The notes under the pieces: generated by a model
The model's input: only the letters and a program-made list of their open reading frames with translations
What the model was told of the DNA's origin: nothing
Database searches by the model: none
Shown: piece by piece, positions 1 to 7,465 of the stretch
How the letters are laid out: each line of letters begins with the position of its first letter
Position numbering within the stretch: position 1 is the first letter of the stretch
Translations under genes and position numbers: made by a program
Source of the DNA: Massilicoli timonensis
GTDB lineage: Bacteria; Bacillota_I; Bacilli_A; Erysipelotrichales; Erysipelotrichaceae
DNA: 32,000 nt
Assembly: GCF_900199515.1 (NCBI RefSeq)
Contig: NZ_LT963434.1
Location: forward strand, 603,272-635,271
Direction: 5' to 3'

Positions 1-1
1 T

Positions 2-1114
2 ACCCGATACGACCAGCACTTCTAAAAACAGATTGTGCGCATGGACGATCGTACTGCCCGCAAAAAGACCGTCTGCGTAAAACATCTCCTGTCCCATGCG
101 CTGAAAATTATTAAGACCGATGCCGGTGATCGGATGCGCACGATAAAGACGGTAAGCATCATAATACAGTTCCACGCGGCGTGAAGAAAGATCATTTGCC
201 AGATGGTAGATCGCTTTCGCATTGCCGATCGGATCCTCTTTGATCATATAAACCAGCTCCACGACATCATCAAAGGCAAAACGGCTTTCTTCCTTGAACA
301 CCGCTCCCTGTAACTGAGGAATCACAAACAAGCCCGCTTTGACGGCCTGCCCGCCAAACATCGCCAAAAAGCCGACACAAAATGCGATCAGCACATTGCT
401 TATGCGCCGATAATCCCGGCGTTTGAACAAAATATAGTAAACCACCACCATCAACAGACAAAGCAGGATCAAAAAGGCGCTGCGGCAGTTGCTCAACAGC
501 ACATAGGTGCCCTGTACAATGAGATTCGCCAGATGAAAATAGGGAAAACGGCTTTTCAAATAAAGCAGCAGCAGGCTGCCGCAAATGCTCATGCAAGCTA
601 AAAACGCCGCCGGATTGCAGTTAAAATAAACACCGAACAGCCGATTCCCTACAAGCCCAAACACCGCACCATTGCGCGTCCATGAGATATTGAACAAAAA
701 CGTCAATAGTGACAAAAAAGAAGCGAGAAAGCTCAGCACACAAACCAACTTCAAGATCCGGATCATCTCTTGACGCATTTCATAGATCCGCCGCCCTTTC
801 TCCTGTGCGAATGCCAGCAGAAAGATCAAGCCCTGCAAAAGCAATAACAGAAAGGAACGTGTTTCACTGTAAGTGCTTGTAAAAGTGGAAAACGCCGCGC
901 ACAGTAAAAACAGCAGCAGCCATGTCACACTGTAATTTCTGCCATCCAGTTTGCGGTGATACCACTCGTATCCAAGCAGCAGCACCCCATAAGGAATCAA
1001 GACATAATAAGCCGGATGCTGCGGCAGTCCTAAAAAAGCAAGATTTAAGGTTTGTATCATATATAAAACCACACATACATAGCGATATGTGCTGCGACAA
1101 AACAGTTTTTCCAT
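2..1114 (-). CDS. O-antigen ligase / Wzy_C-family polytopic membrane protein; the C-terminus runs off the left edge of the window
   Basis: This frame is absent from the supplied track because it has no stop inside the window. ATG at 1114..1112 lies 3 nt after the stop of the upstream permease. I checked all 371 triplets by hand and found no stop. Translation starts MEKLFCRSTYRYVCVVLYMIQTLNLAFLGLPQHPAYYVLIPYGVLLLGYEWY and ends ...ITGIGLNNFQRMGQEMFYADGLFAGSTIVHAHNLFLEVLVVSG. That ending matches the GxGxxxF...HxHNxxLExxxxxG signature of Wzy_C domains. The protein has many hydrophobic segments. Confidence 0.6.
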   Translation of the reverse strand, partial: MEKLFCRSTYRYVCVVLYMIQTLNLAFLGLPQHPAYYVLIPYGVLLLGYEWYHRKLDGRNYSVTWLLLFLLCAAFSTFTSTYSETRSFLLLLLQGLIFLLAFAQEKGRRIYEMRQEMIRILKLVCVLSFLASFLSLLTFLFNISWTRNGAVFGLVGNRLFGVYFNCNPAAFLACMSICGSLLLLYLKSRFPYFHLANLIVQGTYVLLSNCRSAFLILLCLLMVVVYYILFKRRDYRRISNVLIAFCVGFLAMFGGQAVKAGLFVIPQLQGAVFKEESRFAFDDVVELVYMIKEDPIGNAKAIYHLANDLSSRRVELYYDAYRLYRAHPITGIGLNNFQRMGQEMFYADGLFAGSTIVHAHNLFLEVLVVSG

Positions 1115-1117
1115 GCC

Positions 1118-1852
1118 TTACTCCTTTCGCTTTTTCCAAAGCAAGCGCAGTCCATGCTCCAACAGCACCAATAAAATAATGAGCCAGATCGTCCATGCAA
1201 ATACTTCCGCCATTTCAATGTTCAGATAGCTCCATTGCAGTTTTTTACCGATCCCATCCGGCACTTGTCCTAAGATTTCCGCCATGACCCCTACCTTAAA
1301 GGCCAAGCCGATGCCGCTTTCATAGCTCGCTGCTAAATAAGGCTTTAACAGCGGCAGTTCTACCTTTACGATCTGACGCCATAGTGATTGCGGATACAGG
1401 ATCATCACTTCCCGCAGGCTTTGATCGATTGCGTCAAGCCCATTTGTAAAGCTGCTGTAAAAAGAAGGGAATAAAACAAAAAACACGATGATCATCACAC
1501 TGATTTCTCGGTTGAACCAGATCAAGATCAACAAGATAAACGAGATATTGGGCACGCTTTTCAACAATGTGATGAGCGGCGCAAGATAATCCCGCAGCCA
1601 TTTCATATGACCGGTAACAAGCGCCAAGACAAGCGCAGTGCCATAAGAGATCACAAAGCCGATCACACAGCGCGACAAGGTCATTATGATCGCCTGATAA
1701 AAGGCGGCGTTTTGCAGCTGACAAAGCATGACCTTACCTACGGCAAAAGGGGAAGGAAACAAAAAATGTCGATTCAGCGCATAGGCAAGCAGCCACCATA
1801 AAACAAGCAAAATAACGATGCCGCCTAGTTTTCGATAATCGCTTTTCCGCAT
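1118..1852 (-). CDS. ABC transporter permease, NitT/TauT (nitrate/sulfonate/bicarbonate) family
   Basis: The 244-aa polytopic protein has binding-protein-dependent transport inner-membrane features (LAFKVGVMAEILG...GIGKKL). I moved the start to the ATG at 1852, preceded by AGAGAGGTGA; the track start at 1861 is GTG. Confidence 0.8.
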   Translation of the reverse strand: MRKSDYRKLGGIVILLVLWWLLAYALNRHFLFPSPFAVGKVMLCQLQNAAFYQAIIMTLSRCVIGFVISYGTALVLALVTGHMKWLRDYLAPLITLLKSVPNISFILLILIWFNREISVMIIVFFVLFPSFYSSFTNGLDAIDQSLREVMILYPQSLWRQIVKVELPLLKPYLAASYESGIGLAFKVGVMAEILGQVPDGIGKKLQWSYLNIEMAEVFAWTIWLIILLVLLEHGLRLLWKKRKE

Positions 1853-1878
1853 TTCCTTCACCTCTCTTTATTTTTTGT

Positions 1879-1887
1879 ATTATACCA
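1879..1887 (-). promoter_or_regulatory. Extended -10 promoter element (TGGTATAAT) for the permease/ligase-like operon
   Basis: The reverse complement reads catgGTATAATacaaaaaataaagagaggtgaaggaaATG. The TGn-TATAAT lies about 27 nt upstream of the start codon. The -35 is weak. Confidence 0.4.
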
Positions 1888-1950
1888 TGATTTAGCCGGT
1901 TGTACCATTTTCACCTCATAACGCCATCACTTTTTCAGACAATGCCGCAA

Positions 1951-1991
1951 GAAAATAAAAAAGCACAGAAGGATCGATCGTTTCCGTGCTT
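1951..1991 (-). terminator. Rho-independent terminator after the CMD-cupin gene
   Basis: The minus-strand RNA reads AAGCACGGAA-(11-nt loop)-UUCUGUGCUU. This is a 10-bp stem with one G-U pair, followed by UUUUUAUUUU. Confidence 0.65.
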
Positions 1992-2031
1992 CTTGTCTCT
2001 ATCGTCTGCTCAAACGATGCGCATGCCTGTT

Positions 2032-2769
2032 TTACAGCTGATCGTATGCTTCATCGCTTACCGGTTCACACCATTCATTGCTTGTTTCCTCACCTGGTAC
2101 TTCTATCGCAATATGGCTGAACCATGCATCTTTTTTTGCCCCATGCCAGTGCTTGACATTTGCGGGGATCGTAATTACCATGCCGGGTTCCAGACTAATC
2201 GCTGCTTTCCCTTCTTCTTGATACCAGCCCTGTCCATCTACGCAGACCAAGATCTGTCCGCCGCCTTTTTTCGCCAAATGGCGATGCCAGTTGTTGCGCG
2301 CACCCGGCTCAAAAGTAACATTTGCCAGAAACAGGGAGGTGTTTTGCGGATCGGTCAGCGGTTTCAAATAAGAATTGCCGATAAAATACTGCGCATAAGC
2401 ATCATTCGGTTCGCCCAAACCAAACAAGCCGCCATGTTCCTCGTCTTCTTCATCCGCATAGATTTCCTTTGCCATATGGAATACTGCCCACGCATTCGGC
2501 CAACCGGCGTAAAAAGCGGCATGAGTAATGATTTCCGCCATTTCGCTCTTGGTAATGCCGTTGCGCTTGGCGTTCATGATATGATAACGCAAAGAATCAT
2601 CAACCATGCCTTTTCCCATAAATACGCAGATCGTTACCAAGGAACGATCCCGCAAAGAAAGCCGATCTTCTCTGCTCCATACTTCACCGAATAAAACATC
2701 GTCGTTTAACTGCGCAAACTTTGGGGCAAATGTTCCCAAAGCATCTCTGCCTGCTGTCTGTTTTTCCAT
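2032..2769 (-). CDS. Carboxymuconolactone decarboxylase (CMD/AhpD-like) domain fused to a C-terminal cupin domain
   Basis: The N-terminal half (FGEVWSREDRLSLRDRSLVTICVFMGKG...ITHAAFYAGWPNAW) is typical of the CMD family. The C-terminal half (ANVTFEPGARNNWHRH...IPANVKHWHGA) is a cupin metal-binding motif. The start was trimmed to MEKQTAG (ATG at 2769), which follows GAAGGAGGAAAC. Confidence 0.75.
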   Translation of the reverse strand: MEKQTAGRDALGTFAPKFAQLNDDVLFGEVWSREDRLSLRDRSLVTICVFMGKGMVDDSLRYHIMNAKRNGITKSEMAEIITHAAFYAGWPNAWAVFHMAKEIYADEEDEEHGGLFGLGEPNDAYAQYFIGNSYLKPLTDPQNTSLFLANVTFEPGARNNWHRHLAKKGGGQILVCVDGQGWYQEEGKAAISLEPGMVITIPANVKHWHGAKKDAWFSHIAIEVPGEETSNEWCEPVSDEAYDQL

Positions 2770-2785
2770 ATCTGTTTCCTCCTTC

Positions 2786-3325
2786 TTACACTGCTTTTCC
2801 CATCTCATAAGCCTTCTGCATGGCTGAATGGGAAATGATCTCTTTTGGTCCATTCACACCGCCGCCGAAAACAACACCGGATAAATGGGCTTTTTCATAG
2901 CATTCGATCCATCCTTCTAAGCCGTTTACCACGCGTTTCCACACATGATTGCCGTCCTCCGCCGCCGTCATGATCAAATAAATATCAGAAAACGCATAAG
3001 TATCGGTATAAAGCGGATTAGAACGATCTAAGAGCGTCTTCATCTGCCCACACATCTCATAATAATAGACCGGTGTCGCAAACACCAATACATCTGCTTG
3101 CTTCATCTTGCCAAGGATCCAAGCCATATCGTCCTCTATGACACACCGGTTGTTTTTCACGCAGGCCAAACAGCCCTTACAAAAATAGATCTGCTGATCA
3201 CGCAAAGTGATTTTTTCAACGAGATGACCGCTTTCGCTTGCTCCCTGCGCAAAACGATCGGCCAATAATTCAGAATTGCTGCCGATACGCGGACTACTAG
3301 AAAGAATCAATACCTTTTTCTGCAT
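2786..3325 (-). CDS. Flavodoxin-like fold NAD(P)H-dependent FMN reductase / iron-sulfur flavoprotein-like protein
   Basis: MQKKVLILSSSPRIGSNSELL...FCKGCLACVKNNRCV...VFATPVYYYEMCGQMKTLLDR is the pattern of the NADPH-dependent FMN reductase family. ATG at 3325 follows AAGGAGG; the track start is an upstream GTG. Confidence 0.75.
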   Translation of the reverse strand: MQKKVLILSSSPRIGSNSELLADRFAQGASESGHLVEKITLRDQQIYFCKGCLACVKNNRCVIEDDMAWILGKMKQADVLVFATPVYYYEMCGQMKTLLDRSNPLYTDTYAFSDIYLIMTAAEDGNHVWKRVVNGLEGWIECYEKAHLSGVVFGGGVNGPKEIISHSAMQKAYEMGKAV

Positions 3326-3348
3326 GTCGCACACCTCCTTTACTTTTC

Positions 3349-3376
3349 ATTATAACTTCTCGTTTAATTATGTCTA
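3349..3376 (-). promoter_or_regulatory. Sigma-A type promoter (TAGACA-16-TATAAT) for the flavodoxin-like/CMD-cupin operon
   Basis: The reverse complement reads TAGACAtaattaaacgagaagtTATAATgaaaagtaaAGGAGGtgtgcgacATG. Confidence 0.5.
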
Positions 3377-3382
3377 TTGCCT

Positions 3383-3398
3383 ATTACACATATCTAAT
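3383..3398. promoter_or_regulatory. Candidate LysR-type (T-N11-A) box, ATTA-N8-TAAT
   Basis: The palindromic ATTAcacatatcTAAT lies just upstream of the -35 of the divergent target promoter. LTTR recognition sites usually sit at this position. Confidence 0.3.
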
Positions 3399-3497
3399 TA
3401 TGCTTGAAACAAATAACTGTTTTCTGCTATGATAAAAAAGAAAGGAGCCCTTATCAGGAATCGAACACATGAGTCCTTTACATTTGGGAAAAACGCT

Positions 3498-4385
3498 ATG
3501 GAACTTCGTGTATTAAAGTATTTTGTGGAAACCGCACATGAAAAAAGCATGACCAAGGCAGCCGCAAATCTGCATGTAACGCAGCCGACCTTATCGCGCC
3601 AGTTAAAAGCGCTGGAGGAGGAACTGGGACAAAAGCTGTTTGTGCGCAGCAATTATCATATCAATTTGACCGAAGAAGGAAAACTGTTATTAAAACGTGC
3701 CGAAGATATTTTACAGATCGCAGATAAGACCAGTGAAGAATTTGCTTCGATGCAGAGCTTTCAAGGCGGGGACATCTATATCAGCTGTGCTGAATCAGAA
3801 GGCATCGCCTATCTTGCCAAAACGATCAAGCAGCTGCGCAGCCGCTATCACAACATCCGTTTTCATTTATACAGCGGCAATGCCCAAAGCGTAAATGAAC
3901 GCCTTGATCAAGGACTGCTGGATTTCAACTTCATCGTACAGCCGCTTGAAACGGCCAAGTATGAAAGCCTGATGATCCCTTTTCGTGATACTTGGGGGCT
4001 CATCATGCGCAAGGACGCTTTGCTTGTCGCAAAACAGACGCTTACCTTAGATGATCTGACCGATTTGCCGTTAATTGTCTCACGGCAAGGCATCGCCAAT
4101 GAAATCCCGTCATGGCTCAAACAAAAACAAGATCAGTTGAACATTGTCGCTACCTATGATCTGATCTACAATGCCGCCATTCTGGTAAAGGAGGGCATCG
4201 GCTATGCGCTCAGCTTCGATCATCTGATCCATACCGGCACTGACAGCATCCTCTGTTTTCGCCCCTTTGATCCGCCGATCACTTCCACGATGCACCTCGT
4301 CTGGAAAAAGAACCAGATCCTTTCAAAAAGCGCACAGCTGTTTTTGGCAGAACTAAAGCAGCTTTGTGAACAAGCTCCTTTGTAG
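3498..4385 (+). CDS. LysR-family transcriptional regulator
   Basis: MELRVLKYFVETAHEKSMTKAAANLHVTQPTLSRQLKALEEELGQKLF is a canonical LTTR N-terminal wHTH, followed by a substrate-binding domain. It is divergent from the redox operon. The start was trimmed from 3429 to the ATG at 3498. Confidence 0.85.
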   Translation: MELRVLKYFVETAHEKSMTKAAANLHVTQPTLSRQLKALEEELGQKLFVRSNYHINLTEEGKLLLKRAEDILQIADKTSEEFASMQSFQGGDIYISCAESEGIAYLAKTIKQLRSRYHNIRFHLYSGNAQSVNERLDQGLLDFNFIVQPLETAKYESLMIPFRDTWGLIMRKDALLVAKQTLTLDDLTDLPLIVSRQGIANEIPSWLKQKQDQLNIVATYDLIYNAAILVKEGIGYALSFDHLIHTGTDSILCFRPFDPPITSTMHLVWKKNQILSKSAQLFLAELKQLCEQAPL

Positions 4386-4436
4386 TTTCAAAATGCTTCA
4401 GCTGCTTCCCACAGCGAATCAAACACTGCTATTATG

Positions 4437-4465
4437 AAAAAAAAGGACATGAGGTGTCCTTTTTC
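4437..4465. terminator. Bidirectional rho-independent terminator between the lysR-type gene and the lipoprotein gene
   Basis: AAAAAAAAGGACAtgaggTGTCCTTTTT is a GGACA/TGTCC stem flanked by an A-run and a T-run. Confidence 0.6.
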
Positions 4466-4498
4466 ATTGGTCGAACATGCTTGACAAAGCGTATTCAC

Positions 4499-5428
4499 TT
4501 ATTGCCTGCTCAACATATCTTCACTGTAAGTAACCTGAAACAGTGCTAAAAAGCTGCTCAGATCCTCTTTCAGATCTTTTGCCGGCACATAATGAATGTT
4601 CTGCCGCTCCCATGTTGCCAGCGCGATCGAAGCGTTTGGCATACCGATCATTTCCATGTCTGCTTCTTCCAGCATTTTTTTCAGCGTTTGGCGATCCTTT
4701 GCACTTTGATTGCTGAAGGTATCCAACTGCTCGATCAGCTCCTTGCAGGCTTCCTCCCTGCCTTCTTTTATGAACAGCGCTGCCTGTGGATAACCGTATG
4801 GATTGGTCATCTCATGCGTTTCTAAATACATGGTCTGTAAATCGGCGATGATCTGCAAGTCGATCCCGTTTTCTTTTCCTTTGGCAATCGTTGCGCTCGC
4901 CGCCGGTTCCGCCATTAAACCGACATTTGCTTTTTGGGCAAGCAAAGCAGCCTGTACTTCATTGACCGCATTGTAATAAGTAACCTGCAAAGGCAGCGTA
5001 TCCGGATCGATCGTATTTTTCAAGATCATGCCCGGTACCGCCGCTTCGCCAAATGCCGCCAGTACGCCGCTTTCCTGCAAGGCATCCGGATTTGTTCCTA
5101 CCAGATATAAATTGCCCCAGGTAAGCACTGCGTTCAAAGCATAGCTGCTCTTTCCTTCCGCAAGCAGCTTTGTCCCGGTATTGATCGGGGCGACGATGAC
5201 ATCATACATACTGTCCGTTCTGGCTAATTCCGCTGTGATCACATCGCTTCCCTGTACGGTCTCGATATCATAATTCCCATAAAGCGGCAACAGCGCCAAT
5301 GCCGGTGCACCGCTCGGCGCTAAGATCATGAGCGGTTCTTGATCTTTCTGCACGGTTTCATTTGAACCTCTATTCGCGCATCCCGCTAACAGTAAAAGTG
5401 TTAAAAGCAAGCCTTTCATCCATTTCAT
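4499..5428 (-). CDS. Lipoprotein, probable type-2 periplasmic-binding-fold solute-binding protein of unknown substrate
   Basis: It carries a signal peptide with lipobox MKWMKGLLLTLLLLAGC. The mature part has an SBP-like alternating pattern (LMILAPSGAPALALLPLY..., VIVAPINTGTKLL, TWGNLYLVGTN). Its ATG lies 1 nt after the thrS stop (TAAaATG). Confidence 0.65.
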   Translation of the reverse strand: MKWMKGLLLTLLLLAGCANRGSNETVQKDQEPLMILAPSGAPALALLPLYGNYDIETVQGSDVITAELARTDSMYDVIVAPINTGTKLLAEGKSSYALNAVLTWGNLYLVGTNPDALQESGVLAAFGEAAVPGMILKNTIDPDTLPLQVTYYNAVNEVQAALLAQKANVGLMAEPAASATIAKGKENGIDLQIIADLQTMYLETHEMTNPYGYPQAALFIKEGREEACKELIEQLDTFSNQSAKDRQTLKKMLEEADMEMIGMPNASIALATWERQNIHYVPAKDLKEDLSSFLALFQVTYSEDMLSRQ

Positions 5429-5429
5429 T

Positions 5430-7160
5430 TTATCGTTTTTCCTCTACTTCCCGTTGCAGCAGCTCCATAAATTCATCCAAAGGCATATTGAGCGAATCCT
5501 TTGAGCCAAGCCGGCGTAGGGTAACGCTGCGGTTTTCACATTCGCCATCTCCTACAACGACCTGTAACGGCACTTTACGGATCTGTGCTTCACGGATACG
5601 ATAACCTAATTTTTCATTGCGCGCATCTAATTTGCTTCTAAAACCTGCCGCGCTCAATAAATTCTGCACTTCATTCGCATAGTCGATATGCTTTTCCCAA
5701 TGCACCGGTACCACCGCTACCTGCTGCGGCGCCAGCCAAAGCGGGAATTTGCCCGCATAATGCTCAATCAAGATGCCGATAAAGCGTTCCACCGAACCGA
5801 ATACGACCCGATGCAGCATGACCGGTCTTACCTTCTTGCCGTCATGATCCACATAAGTGAGATCAAAGCGTTCCGGCAAATTCATATCCAGCTGGATCGT
5901 ACCGCACTGCCATACGCGTCCCAAAGAATCCTTGATATGGATATCCAGCTTCGGTCCATAGAAAGCGCCGTCGCCCTCATTGATCTTATAATCCTTGCCT
6001 GCCGCCTTACAAGCGTCTGCCAGCGCTTTTTCACTGCGATCCCAGATTTCTATGCTGCCGATGTATTTTTCTTTCGGACGGGTGCTCAGCTCGATGTCAT
6101 ACTGTAAACCGAATATCGAATAGATCCGATCGATCAAACGGATGACACCGACCACTTCACTTTCGATCTGATCAGGACGCATGAAGATATGCGCATCATC
6201 TTGGGTGAACGTACGCACGCGAAACAAGCCGTTCAATGCGCCGCTGGCCTCATGACGATGCACTTGTCCAAGTTCGCCCATACGGATCGGCAGATCTTTA
6301 TAAGAATGCAGACCGTTTTTATAAACGAGCATGCTGCCGGGACAATTCATCGGCTTGATCGCAAACTCTCGATCATCTACTTCGGAAGTATACATATTTT
6401 CTTTATAATTATCCCAATGTCCGCTCACTTCCCAAAGCTCACGGCTCATCATGATCGGTGTTTTGATGAACTGATAGTGTTCTTTGGTATGTTCTTCATA
6501 CCAAAACTGCTCTAAGATATTGCGAATGATCATACCGTTCGGTAAAAGAAACGGCATGCCCGGCGCATATTCGCTCATCATGAACAATTCCATCTCTTTG
6601 CCCAGCTTTTTATGATCGCGCTTTTTCGCTTCTTCTAACGCATACAGGTGTTCTTCCAGCGCTTCCTTGCTCTCAAAGCAGATTCCATATACACGCTGCA
6701 ATACCCGATTGTTCGCATCACCCTTCCAATAGGCACCGGAATGCTTTAACAGTTTGAAATGCTTTAACTGCTTGACGCTTTCCACATGCGGACCACGACA
6801 GAGATCCACAAATTCACCTTGACGATATACGGTGATCTCACCATCTTCCAAGCCCTCGATCAGATCCAGCTTGTAAGGATCATCATGGAACAGCGCCAGC
6901 GCATCCGCTTTGCTTAATTCTTCCCTAACGATCCGTTTGCCGTCTTTGGCGATCTTTTTCATTTCTTTTTCGATCTTTTCCAGATCCTCATCACGAATGA
7001 CCGCATCTCCCAGATCCATATCATAGTAAAAGCCTTCCGATACGACCGGTCCTACCCAAAATTTCGTCTGTGGATACAGCCTTTTCACTGCCTGTGCCAT
7101 CATGTGCGCGCAGGAATGATTGATTACGCTCAGTTTTTCATCTTGCTTAATATCGATCAT
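5430..7160 (-). CDS. thrS: Threonine--tRNA ligase, a short form lacking the N-terminal TGS domain
   Basis: The editing-domain HSCAH motif sits near the N-terminus (SVINHSCAHMMAQAVKRLYP). Class II motifs are present (FRVRTFTQDDAHIF, GAFYGPKLD, MLHRVVFGSVERFIG), as is an anticodon-binding tail. The start is set at MIDIK (ATG 7160), 6 nt after AAGGAGG. Confidence 0.95.
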   Translation of the reverse strand: MIDIKQDEKLSVINHSCAHMMAQAVKRLYPQTKFWVGPVVSEGFYYDMDLGDAVIRDEDLEKIEKEMKKIAKDGKRIVREELSKADALALFHDDPYKLDLIEGLEDGEITVYRQGEFVDLCRGPHVESVKQLKHFKLLKHSGAYWKGDANNRVLQRVYGICFESKEALEEHLYALEEAKKRDHKKLGKEMELFMMSEYAPGMPFLLPNGMIIRNILEQFWYEEHTKEHYQFIKTPIMMSRELWEVSGHWDNYKENMYTSEVDDREFAIKPMNCPGSMLVYKNGLHSYKDLPIRMGELGQVHRHEASGALNGLFRVRTFTQDDAHIFMRPDQIESEVVGVIRLIDRIYSIFGLQYDIELSTRPKEKYIGSIEIWDRSEKALADACKAAGKDYKINEGDGAFYGPKLDIHIKDSLGRVWQCGTIQLDMNLPERFDLTYVDHDGKKVRPVMLHRVVFGSVERFIGILIEHYAGKFPLWLAPQQVAVVPVHWEKHIDYANEVQNLLSAAGFRSKLDARNEKLGYRIREAQIRKVPLQVVVGDGECENRSVTLRRLGSKDSLNMPLDEFMELLQREVEEKR

Positions 7161-7186
7161 ATACATCCTCCTTATCACTGTGTCAT

Positions 7187-7403
7187 AAAATAAAAACGCG
7201 ATCTCTCGTCAAAGGACGAAAAATCGCGGTACCACCTTTGTTCATGAAACTTGTCATGCCCTCTTGTCTTTAACGCAGAACCTACGGTAATCCTTTTCAG
7301 GTACGACTCCAAGGGAGTAAGCGAACACATTTTTCAAAGGACTTTCACCAGCCGCCCTTCTCTCTGCATCAAATCATGCTGCCCATATCCTTTTCAACGT
7401 CTT
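7187..7403 (-). promoter_or_regulatory. T-box riboswitch leader (Thr, ACC specifier) with terminator/antiterminator
   Basis: The minus-strand RNA contains stem I elements (UGAUGCAGAGAGAAGGGCGGCUGGUGAAAG). It has ACC codon candidates, the best at 7288..7286 in GGAUUACCGUAGG just 5' of the UCUGC that closes stem I. The conserved T-box AAAGGUGGUACCGCG is at 7239..7225. The terminator CGCGAUUUUUCGUCCUUUGACGAGAGAUCGCG is followed by UUUUUAUUUU. Confidence 0.85.
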
Positions 7404-7409
7404 GCCTTC

Positions 7410-7438
7410 TTTATACACCAAACATCCGGCTTTGTCAA
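7410..7438 (-). promoter_or_regulatory. Sigma-A promoter TTGACA-17-TATAAA for the T-box/thrS transcript
   Basis: The reverse complement reads TTGACAaagccggatgtttggtgTATAAAgaaggcaag. Confidence 0.6.
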
Positions 7439-7465
7439 TCAGGAAGCTGTTTTTTTCATCAGGCA

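Noticed and set aside
1862-1890. Near-identical TATAATACAAAAAA...GAGGTG strings upstream of the permease (1862-1890) and the amidohydrolase (8744-8776), considered as a possible shared regulatory element.
   Set aside because: The similarity is limited to the -10 hexamer, an A-run and the SD, which are generic promoter/5'UTR features in this AT-rich intergenic context.
1900-2694. A 264-aa plus-strand ORF.
   Set aside because: It is entirely antisense to the well-supported CMD-cupin gene. It has no SD and a low-complexity, odd composition. It is a shadow ORF.
7439-7465. I looked for a terminator between the amidohydrolase stop and the thrS promoter.
   Set aside because: There is no convincing stem-loop, only an A/T run. 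Read-through into the T-box leader cannot be excluded, but nothing positive can be annotated.
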